Shown here piece by piece: positions 1-6,766 of a stretch of 64,000 bases of DNA; positions within the stretch are counted from its first letter, which is position 1; the number at the start of each line of letters is the position of its first letter. The stretch is from a virus, in the IMG/VR virus record IMGVR_UViG_3300037511_000359. One strand, written 5' to 3'. The notes under the pieces were generated by a model. The model was given only the letters and a program-made list of their open reading frames with translations, did not search any database and was not told where the DNA came from. Position numbers and translations under genes: made by a program.

Positions 1-799
1 GTCGCATCGCCTGCGGACGCGGCAGCGCGAGCACCTCCTCGTACGGCATGTACCGGTCGCGGTCGACGCGCTTCGTCGCGAACTGCACGCTACCGAACTG
101 GAACAGCATGTCCGCCGCGTTCGGGTCCGAGGATGCAGCGAGCGACATGAGCACCTGTCCCTCGTGCTTCTGCAGCGCCGTGAGCAGCCGCAGCGCGGCC
201 TTGATCGGCACCACCGCGACGCGTCCGTACTCGCCCTTGTACGGCTCGCGCGCGATCGCCATCGCGCGACCGTCGAGCGCGACGGCACGCGCCTCTCCGT
301 CCCCGATCTCCAGCAGCACCGCGCTCAGTTCCGGCCGCGTGAAGTCGCGTGATGCGCACTTCTCGACGCGCTGGAGCAACGACACGAGCGTCGACGCGTT
401 GATCGATGCAGGCGGGATGTCCTGGTTCGGCTCCGGCATCCGCGGGAAATCGTCGCCCTCCTCGAACGGGATCCGCGCCACGCGCCGACCTGACCGAACC
501 TCGACGCGCGTGCCCTCCTCGCGCAGTTCGACGGGCCCTTCCGGCAGCGTGCTCACGACGTCGTGCGTGGCTTTGGCGGACAGAGCGACAGAGCCGAGTT
601 CCTCCGCGACGCACGACGCGTGCACGGTGAGCGTCTGCAGGAGATCGCTCGCCGTGACGCGCAGCAGTTGATGCTCGCCTGCCTCGACGACAGAAAGGAG
701 CGCGTTGCGGAGGATGGGCTTCGGCGGCTCACGGTCTGAGAATGTGCGCGCGAGGTCGAGAAGGCGCAGCAGGTCGGATTTGACGATGGTGAGGCGCAC
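1..799 (-). CDS. dnaN: DNA polymerase III beta sliding clamp homolog (3' end runs off the window)
   Basis: Hand translation from GTG at 799: MRLTIVKSDLLRLLDLARTFSDREPPKPILRNALL..LRVTASDL..DDFPRMP..RPELSAVLL..AVALDGRAMA, matching the beta-clamp pattern (PIL.N.LL, ATD/ASD, FP.hP, RP.L.GV, ATDG.RLA). GGAG RBS upstream. Missing from the ORF track because it is open to the window edge. Confidence 0.85.
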   Translation of the reverse strand, partial: MRLTIVKSDLLRLLDLARTFSDREPPKPILRNALLSVVEAGEHQLLRVTASDLLQTLTVHASCVAEELGSVALSAKATHDVVSTLPEGPVELREEGTRVEVRSGRRVARIPFEEGDDFPRMPEPNQDIPPASINASTLVSLLQRVEKCASRDFTRPELSAVLLEIGDGEARAVALDGRAMAIAREPYKGEYGRVAVVPIKAALRLLTALQKHEGQVLMSLAASSDPNAADMLFQFGSVQFATKRVDRDRYMPYEEVLALPRPQAMR

Positions 800-803
800 A
801 GGG

Positions 804-1001
804 CTACTCCTCCGCTCGCACAGCCGATGCGACCAGCGCGGACACCAGCAGCACCGCCGACAGCCCGAAGATGCACGACATCGCGACGGTCACGAGCCAC
901 AGCGCGAGATCGTGCGCGTAGTGCGTTGCGAGTCGGATCGAGCCGATGGACAGCCACGCTGCTGCGCAGGTGCCGAGAAATTCGATGGCGTGTCGGATCA
1001 T
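804..1001 (-). CDS. small membrane protein (2 predicted TM helices)
   Basis: Hydrophobic 65-aa ORF with ATGA overlap to the upstream gene. Confidence 0.6.
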   Translation of the reverse strand: MIRHAIEFLGTCAAAWLSIGSIRLATHYAHDLALWLVTVAMSCIFGLSAVLLVSALVASAVRAEE

Positions 1002-1216
1002 GAGTTCACCGCCTGATGGACGCGCAGCGCGAGGCGACCGAGATCGTTTGGATCCCACGACAGGTACCCGTCGCCGTGGTCAACGCACGTTGCAAGTCCC
1101 CGATCCAAGCAAGCCTGCCAAGCGCCAATGATGGGATCATCAGGCTCGACCGTGTAGTCCGGCGCGTGAATCAGATCGACCAGCCCCCGCAACTCCAACT
1201 CCGACAGCCCTCGCAT
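998..1216 (-). CDS. hypothetical protein
   Basis: MRGLSELELRGLVDLIHAP...; operon orientation and RBS. Confidence 0.6.
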   Translation of the reverse strand: MRGLSELELRGLVDLIHAPDYTVEPDDPIIGAWQACLDRGLATCVDHGDGYLSWDPNDLGRLALRVHQAVNS

Positions 1217-1296
1217 CGCCTCGCCCTCCAACGCCGCAAGCCCCGCCCCGCGCGGTTGTCCGGCGGAGACGGGGCGGAGCCTGCGGCTGCGTCAGA

Positions 1297-1950
1297 TCAG
1301 AACGGCGCGCGACGACCGGCGCCGCCCACGGCAGCCTGCGGCGGCGCGTAGCCGTGCTGTGCCTGCGGCGCCTGCGACGACTGGTCGAGGCCGTCGTACG
1401 CACCAGGCTCCGACCACGGTTCAACGTCGGCCGCGGCGCCGTACTGCTGCGGCGCGCTGGGCGGCGCACCCGCACCACGCTGCCACGGCGGCGGCACCGC
1501 GGGGGACGGCGCCTTGCCGCCGCCATTCGCGAGCACCGCGCCGAGCGCGTGCGGCTTCAGGGCGGCCTTGAGCGCCGCGAGCTTGCTGCGGTCGAGTCGC
1601 GTTTCCTCGCTGACCGAGGACCGACCCGGCGGGTTGATGAACTCGACGCGGCGCCCGTACTGCGGGTCGTCGGACACGGCCAGGTTCGCTGTCTTCGAGC
1701 CGAGCCCGTGCAGGTCCTCGAAGTCGCCGCCCTGAATGCGGGCACCGAGCAACTGCAGCTGCTCGACCGTGCGCGCGATAGCGCCCGGCGTCAACCAGCC
1801 CTTCCACGACAGCACCTCGCCATCAGATCCGTCCTGACGGAGCGTCTGGATCATCACCTCGATGAACGGCGTTCCCTTGTCCTTCGACTGCCCGAAGTCC
1901 ACGCGATCCGGGAGCCCGCGACCCGACATGCTGATGAGATTCGATGCCAT
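1297..1950 (-). CDS. putative single-stranded DNA-binding protein (OB-fold-like, low-complexity Q/P/A tail)
   Basis: Directly downstream of the Sak4-like ATPase; FGQSKDKGTPFIEV motif and flexible C-tail ending in PF, as in phage SSBs; AGGAG RBS. Confidence 0.6.
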   Translation of the reverse strand: MASNLISMSGRGLPDRVDFGQSKDKGTPFIEVMIQTLRQDGSDGEVLSWKGWLTPGAIARTVEQLQLLGARIQGGDFEDLHGLGSKTANLAVSDDPQYGRRVEFINPPGRSSVSEETRLDRSKLAALKAALKPHALGAVLANGGGKAPSPAVPPPWQRGAGAPPSAPQQYGAAADVEPWSEPGAYDGLDQSSQAPQAQHGYAPPQAAVGGAGRRAPF

Positions 1951-2000
1951 GTTCTTTGATACTCCTTCTGTCCTACATCACTACCCTACCCAACAAACCT

Positions 2001-2948
2001 TCATGCTGCTTGCTGGAGCCAAGAGGCCCACTTGCACAGCTCTGACGTGTCGCGCCATCCGGGCGTCTTCTTGAACGCCTCGAGCTCGCGCTGCGCGTCC
2101 TCCGGGGCGCGAGCGGCCAGCGCCATGACGTGCGCCTGCATCTTCTCCGGGCTCTCCCCGCGCTCGACCTGCTCCCAGAACGACTTCCAGCTCAGCGGCA
2201 GCGTTTCGTCAACGCCATCGAACCGGCATTTCGCGACGTGGCCCGCAGACAGCCGCGTGTGCATCACGTGCTCGCCGCCGACGCCGTACGCGCGCTTCGT
2301 CTCTTTGTTCAACGCGATCTGGATCTTCTTCTCGCAGTACAGCACGAAGTCGCACCAGTTGAAGTACGATCCGGACACGTCGGCGTTCTTCGCTGTCAGC
2401 AGCCCAGGAACGGTGCGCTTGTACTCAGCGCCGGTCTCGTTGTCGTTGTACTTCGCATCAGCGACCGAGCAGACAAGGCAGATGTTGATGCCCGGCGATG
2501 CGGGGTCATACGACGTCCAGACGCGCTCGATCTTCTGACGGAAGGCGATCATCTCCGCGTGATGCGCGACCTCGCCCTTGCCGTACCCCGCCGCGCTCAG
2601 CGACGGCCATTTGTTCTTCTCGCAGACGTGCTTGATGCAGAGCTGCTCCATCGCGGAGAACCCGTCGAGCACGAGCGTCTTGAACGGCAGCGGCTTCTTC
2701 GACTCCGCTGCAGCTCCGATCTCATCGATGCGACCGCAGAGTTCCTCCCAGGACTTTGGGTAGGCGCGCTCAGTCTTCAGGTCGAAGTAGTTCCGAGCCA
2801 CATCCAGGCGGATCCCGCCGGCCTCCCCTTCGATGAACAGCGGGTCTGGCATCTGACTCGCAAGCGTCGACTTGCCCAGCCCCCCCTCGCCGTAGATCAT
2901 GCTGCGCCACGCGGCGCGGCGTCTGCCTTTTTTAATGAAATCGAACAT
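2001..2948 (-). CDS. Sak4-like AAA ATPase (ssDNA-annealing recombinase, AAA_24-type)
   Basis: MIYGEGGLGKSTLA (Walker A), KTLVLDGFS (Walker B), WCDFVLY and HVAKCRF motifs; start at ATG 2948 with GGAGG RBS. Confidence 0.8.
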   Translation of the reverse strand: MFDFIKKGRRRAAWRSMIYGEGGLGKSTLASQMPDPLFIEGEAGGIRLDVARNYFDLKTERAYPKSWEELCGRIDEIGAAAESKKPLPFKTLVLDGFSAMEQLCIKHVCEKNKWPSLSAAGYGKGEVAHHAEMIAFRQKIERVWTSYDPASPGINICLVCSVADAKYNDNETGAEYKRTVPGLLTAKNADVSGSYFNWCDFVLYCEKKIQIALNKETKRAYGVGGEHVMHTRLSAGHVAKCRFDGVDETLPLSWKSFWEQVERGESPEKMQAHVMALAARAPEDAQRELEAFKKTPGWRDTSELCKWASWLQQAA

Positions 2949-2992
2949 CGATCCTCCTGTACAATCCACCACCACACAACCACTCCCACACA

Positions 2993-3078
2993 AGGCGCAC
3001 GCGTGAGGGTTCGAACCTCTGCAGCCCGGATGCCGCGCGCCACGCTGGAGACCGCCAGCGACGGGCCGCTGATGCGGC
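2993..3078 (-). other. intergenic structured element with a tRNA T-arm-like hairpin
   Basis: Minus strand: GAGG-TTCGAAC-CCTC arm enclosed by a GGCGCGCG/CGTGCGCC stem, plus two more hairpins (3043-3060, 3065-3078). Not a full cloverleaf. Confidence 0.35.
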
Positions 3079-3360
3079 TCAGTCCTCGCCGTTGTCGCTC
3101 TCGCTGGCCGCAGCGTGCGGCACAACAGGCCCGCCGTTTGCCGGCGCGCCCGCGCCCTTCGCGGTCTTCGACAGGCTCACACCGGCCGCCTTCGCGTCCG
3201 CTCGGATCTTCGCGACGTCCGCGCCGGCCTGCGCGGCGTCCGCCTTCAGTCGAGCGATCTGGGCCTGCGTGTCGCGCAACTTCTCACGCGCCGACGTACG
3301 CTTGTCGATGGCATCGTTGAACCGCTGTTCGAAATCCTGCTGAGCACTGCTGGTCGTCAT
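3079..3360 (-). CDS. hypothetical coiled-coil protein
   Basis: MTTSSAQQDFEQRF... with GGAGG RBS. Confidence 0.65.
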   Translation of the reverse strand: MTTSSAQQDFEQRFNDAIDKRTSAREKLRDTQAQIARLKADAAQAGADVAKIRADAKAAGVSLSKTAKGAGAPANGGPVVPHAAASESDNGED

Positions 3361-3379
3361 GTTTGCCTCCTCCGTTCGA

Positions 3380-3685
3380 TCAGACTGCGTGGTCCGCCTT
3401 GAACCCCGCCTTGCGCAGGCCCCACCGCGCGACCTCGGCGGCGTCACCGTCGTACAGGGTCACCCCAGCGTTCTTCGTGTTCACACACAGACGCGCACGT
3501 CCGTTCGCGATCACGAACTTCGCGCCGCGCGGGAGCGCGCCCTTGCTGGCCGCGCGCATCACGTCGCCGATGGTCTCGTACTTGTTGGTCGAGCCATGCG
3601 TCGCCGTGGCTGCCGGAATGCTGCTACCGGTGCGCCCTACCTGAGTCGCCTTCTTCTTCGCTGCCGTCTTTTTCGACGCCATCAC
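3380..3685 (-). CDS. hypothetical basic protein
   Basis: K/A-rich N-terminus; overlaps the exonuclease stop codon. Confidence 0.6.
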   Translation of the reverse strand: MMASKKTAAKKKATQVGRTGSSIPAATATHGSTNKYETIGDVMRAASKGALPRGAKFVIANGRARLCVNTKNAGVTLYDGDAAEVARWGLRKAGFKADHAV

Positions 3686-4704
3686 TGCCTCTCCTTATCC
3701 TGGAATTTCCACTCGTCGTCGATCGTCGCCTGTTTCGTGCAGACCATGAAGTAGTCGCACCACTGCCGGTACTGGTAACAGCTTTTCGTATACTTCGGCC
3801 ACGCGCGATGGTTCGCCGACTCGCGAATCTGCATCGCAGTCGTCCACACGTCGTACGCGGCCTCGTACTCGTCCTCCTGCGACAGCGTGACTTCGAAGCG
3901 CTGGTACGTGCTCTCTTTCTCGTTAGCGCTCGAGAGTTCGTCCGCGATCCGATCTGCGTACTCTTCCGGAGTCTCGTCGCGCTCCCGCTGGTTGGCGTGG
4001 AGACGCGACGGTTCCTTCGCTGAACCCTTCGTGTATTTCCGTTTCTCGACTGGCGTGGCCTTCAGAGGCTCCTTCGAAGGTTTCTTGATCGCGTCGTAGA
4101 TCACGCCGGCCGGATTGTATCCGAGCATGCGCGCGCCGAGCAGGTACGTGCTGACCTGTGGGTCGAGCTCCAGACGCATTCGGTACGGCGTACCCGGACC
4201 GATGTCCTCGGAACTGGTCTTGTGCTCAACCACCCACACTGTACCGTTCGGTCGGCGCACGATGGCGTCCATGCGCCCGCCGATGCGGAACGTACGCGAC
4301 ACGCCGCCCGTCATCGGGTTTCGCAGTTCGCCATCGAACTCCTGTTCGACCGCGAGGACCTCCAGTTCTTCGTTGCCCCAAACAACCTCGTAGCCGCGCA
4401 TCAACACGCCGGCTTTCGCTACGTCGTACGGATCTGCGCCGCGGTGGTCATTCATCGATGCGAGGGAGGCGTCGAGGCGGTCGTCCGGAAGCGACTTCGC
4501 GACGAGCTTGCGCCACCACGTTTCGAGCCCCACGTGAAACAGTGACCCGAACCTGCGCGAGCCGACGACCCTTCTCGGCACTCTCCGCAGCACGTTCGCG
4601 AAGTAATAGCAGCGTGGGCAGCTGCGGTACCTGTTTGCCGACGTGACGGACAGGACCGGCAGGCGGCGCGGCTGCTGCTCGGCTATGGGTGCGACGGAGG
4701 TCAT
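3682..4704 (-). CDS. PD-(D/E)XK exonuclease, RecE/RecB/Cas4-like (probable Fe-S cluster)
   Basis: SANRYRSCPR, FGSLFH, GRMDAIV, VVEHKTS, Q..TY motifs and C-terminal CYQYRQWCDYFMVC; ATGA overlap at 4701-4704. Confidence 0.85.
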   Translation of the reverse strand: MTSVAPIAEQQPRRLPVLSVTSANRYRSCPRCYYFANVLRRVPRRVVGSRRFGSLFHVGLETWWRKLVAKSLPDDRLDASLASMNDHRGADPYDVAKAGVLMRGYEVVWGNEELEVLAVEQEFDGELRNPMTGGVSRTFRIGGRMDAIVRRPNGTVWVVEHKTSSEDIGPGTPYRMRLELDPQVSTYLLGARMLGYNPAGVIYDAIKKPSKEPLKATPVEKRKYTKGSAKEPSRLHANQRERDETPEEYADRIADELSSANEKESTYQRFEVTLSQEDEYEAAYDVWTTAMQIRESANHRAWPKYTKSCYQYRQWCDYFMVCTKQATIDDEWKFQDKERQ

Positions 4705-4916
4705 CGAGCCGACCTCTTCACCCAAGCGTGACCCACGAAGTCCAAGAGCCCATTGCGTACGTCGGACTTCTTTGCAAAGTCCATCCTTTCTGCAGGGCAC
4801 TCGGTTGGCAACGTTGGGCCGTACGCCTTGCAAACTGAGCAGATGAACATGACGCAGGCATCGCAGCCGCCGCAGACGAGTCCTTGATAGCACTTCATTC
4901 TTCTATGCTCAGCCAC
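4701..4916 (-). CDS. small Cys-rich hypothetical protein
   Basis: CGGCDAC and CSVC motifs; coupled to the exonuclease start. Confidence 0.5.
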   Translation of the reverse strand: MAEHRRMKCYQGLVCGGCDACVMFICSVCKAYGPTLPTECPAERMDFAKKSDVRNGLLDFVGHAWVKRSAR

Positions 4917-5106
4917 GGCACGCCTCCATCACCCACGCTCGCCATCTCTCCGCCCACGCCTGCGACTCGACGAACACCGGCGCGCAGCCTTCGAACTCGA
5001 ACCCCGGCGCTCGGCCGCGCACCACGCACGCACCATCCGAGCGCGCTCGAACCGAGAACACGAACTCATCCACAGGAGCCGCCGACGGCTCCGTGTCCAC
5101 CTGCAT
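4909..5106 (-). CDS. hypothetical protein
   Basis: MQVDTEPS... preceded by a GGGAGAG RBS. Confidence 0.5.
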   Translation of the reverse strand: MQVDTEPSAAPVDEFVFSVRARSDGACVVRGRAPGFEFEGCAPVFVESQAWAERWRAWVMEACRG

Positions 5107-5285
5107 CGCTCTCCCTCGCGCTACGGCCCCGCGCGCGGTCTCAGCGCCTGTCCGACGCCGCGCACGGGACCGCGATATCTCGCTCGCGCGCACACGTTCA
5201 GCCAAACGAACCGCGCACCGCGCGGCGACACGCGAGCCTGCCCGCGTGCGTCGTTGCTGGTCGGTCTGCGCCGAGTCACACCGCG

Positions 5286-5314
5286 ATGATGCTTCAGGAG
5301 TGAAGCACTGTCAA
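5286..5314 (-). promoter_or_regulatory. leftward promoter with a palindromic operator-like spacer
   Basis: TTGACA-N17-CATCAT on the minus strand; the spacer holds the inverted repeat TGCTTCA-N4-TGAAGCA (5290-5307). Confidence 0.5.
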
Positions 5315-5324
5315 GGTGAAGCGG

Positions 5325-5801
5325 CTACTTTTTCGAGCGCGTCGATGACGCAGTGCTCACCTGCGACTTCGACGCGTTCGCGCGGTCGTGCAGACGCAGC
5401 GCGATGCTCTCGATGCGATGCAGCCACCAAAGGATCGACGGATCGCGGTCGACGTCGATCTGCTCGGCAAGCACCTCGTTCACAGCCGCCGGGTCGATGC
5501 CGCCATCGAGCGCGATATGCGCGGCCTTCGACCGGTTCGGGTACCGCTCGTCACGAGGAACGGTCTGCGCCGGCTGCCCGCGTCCGTAGGTGAGCCACTC
5601 CACCGAGTAGCCCCAGGCGTCGGCGAGCTTCGCCAGCGTCTCCGGCGACCGGTGCACCTCACCGCTGTCGCGCGACAGACGCGACATCGCGCCGGACTTC
5701 AACCCGGCGCGCTCGCCGAGCTTGTTCAGGCTGACCTTCTCGTGCTCCGCCATGAAGCGGACGCGCTCGCCTAGCGTCGTGCCTGTCCAGTCGCGGCCCA
5801 C
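5325..5801 (-). CDS. XRE-family HTH repressor (cI-like)
   Basis: TTLGERVRFMAEHEKVSLNKLGERAGLKSGAMSRL...TLAKLADAWGYSVEWLTYGRG is a classic XRE pattern; divergent from the Cro-like gene. Start codon uncertain. Confidence 0.8.
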   Translation of the reverse strand: MGRDWTGTTLGERVRFMAEHEKVSLNKLGERAGLKSGAMSRLSRDSGEVHRSPETLAKLADAWGYSVEWLTYGRGQPAQTVPRDERYPNRSKAAHIALDGGIDPAAVNEVLAEQIDVDRDPSILWWLHRIESIALRLHDRANASKSQVSTASSTRSKK

Positions 5802-5895
5802 GTCGGCAGCGTGGACGCGCTGTTTGTCGGGCGCAACACCGTCTACTGCTCCGCCTTGACAGCAGCCGTCCAAGCCGCTACAGATATGAAGCACC

Positions 5896-6138
5896 ATGGG
5901 ACGCAGTCTTTGCCCAGCGGGCCGCGCCCTAGAGGACTGGCTCAGAGCGGCAGATATCTCGTTGTCGGCGTTCGCCGAACTGATCGGCGCTTCGCGGGTG
6001 AGCCTGTGGCGTTGGATGACTGGCGCATATCCGCCCACCATCGATTCTGCAGCGCAGATCGAGCGCTGGACCGGCATCCCTGCGCGGATGTGGGCGTCGA
6101 GCGATTCGCTCCGTGCGGGGTTCACCGCCGCGGCCTGA
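5896..6138 (+). CDS. Cro-like HTH protein
   Basis: 80 aa, ISLSAFAELIGASRVSLWRWMTGAYPP...IERWTG; TTGACA at 5856 upstream. Confidence 0.8.
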   Translation: MGRSLCPAGRALEDWLRAADISLSAFAELIGASRVSLWRWMTGAYPPTIDSAAQIERWTGIPARMWASSDSLRAGFTAAA

Positions 6139-6271
6139 CGTGTCGTGGGTCACGTCGCGAGGAATAACACCACCCGCGCACCTTGCAACAGCGGCGTGCG
6201 CGAATTATTGTTGACGATTTGCTGAGAATTCGCAGCGCGTCGCGGGAACGTGCGCGCGTTTGGAGGGTTCG

Positions 6272-6535
6272 ATGAGCGACGTGGAGCGGGAACTTATCGA
6301 AGCAGTGCGGCGGCTGGACCCGCGCGACGCGCAGGCGCTGGTCTGGATCGCGCAGCGGCGGGCGGCTCCGGTTGCGCTGGAGTTCAACAAGGGCGCACCT
6401 GAGGTCGCGACGGCGCAGGAGTACGCGTCGTCGCTGGCGAACCGCGCGCTGACGCAGGTGGGCGAGTTGCTGCGGCTGGGGGAGCGCGCGTCGCTGAGCC
6501 CGGCGAAGGGGATCGTGGGGAGGGCGGGGAGATGA
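6272..6535 (+). CDS. hypothetical protein
   Basis: GGAGG RBS; coupled to the next gene. Confidence 0.6.
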   Translation: MSDVERELIEAVRRLDPRDAQALVWIAQRRAAPVALEFNKGAPEVATAQEYASSLANRALTQVGELLRLGERASLSPAKGIVGRAGR

Positions 6536-6566
6536 GCGCGGAGGGCGGGGAGATGAGCGCGGAGGG
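6519..6566. repeat. 21-bp tandem duplication spanning an RBS and start codon
   Basis: GGAGGGCGGGGAGATGAGCGC twice plus a partial third copy; yields MSAEGGE-MSAEG. Confidence 0.85.
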
Positions 6567-6750
6567 TGAGCAGCTGGCGTTCTTCGACGCTCTCCAGTCC
6601 GGAACGAGATGCAGGTGTCGGAGGTGCGCCGGGCTCGCCGTCCCGCAGGACGACGAGTGTCGGAAGCGGCGCCTTGCGTGGCTGCATCCGGCGGACGCCT
6701 GGACGATTCGCGAACTTCGGAAGCTGTCGATCGACGGTTCGTTTCGCTGA
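6532..6750 (+). CDS. small Cys-rich hypothetical protein
   Basis: CRCRRC motif; ATGA overlap. Confidence 0.55.
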   Translation: MSAEGGEMSAEGEQLAFFDALQSGTRCRCRRCAGLAVPQDDECRKRRLAWLHPADAWTIRELRKLSIDGSFR

Positions 6751-6766
6751 GCGCTGGAGTGCGGTG

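Noticed and set aside
700-799. Apparent frameshift at the start of the beta-clamp gene
   Set aside because: Re-reading across the 720/721 line break shows a continuous frame (SDREPPKPILRN).
3682-4704. Cas4 / CRISPR adaptation gene
   Set aside because: The Cys-cluster PD-(D/E)XK nuclease sits beside Sak4-like and SSB-like genes, the standard phage recombination context; no array or other cas genes.
6519-6566. 21-bp tandem duplication as a regulatory switch
   Set aside because: It is in frame and only duplicates RBS plus start, adding 7 aa; no evidence of functional consequence.
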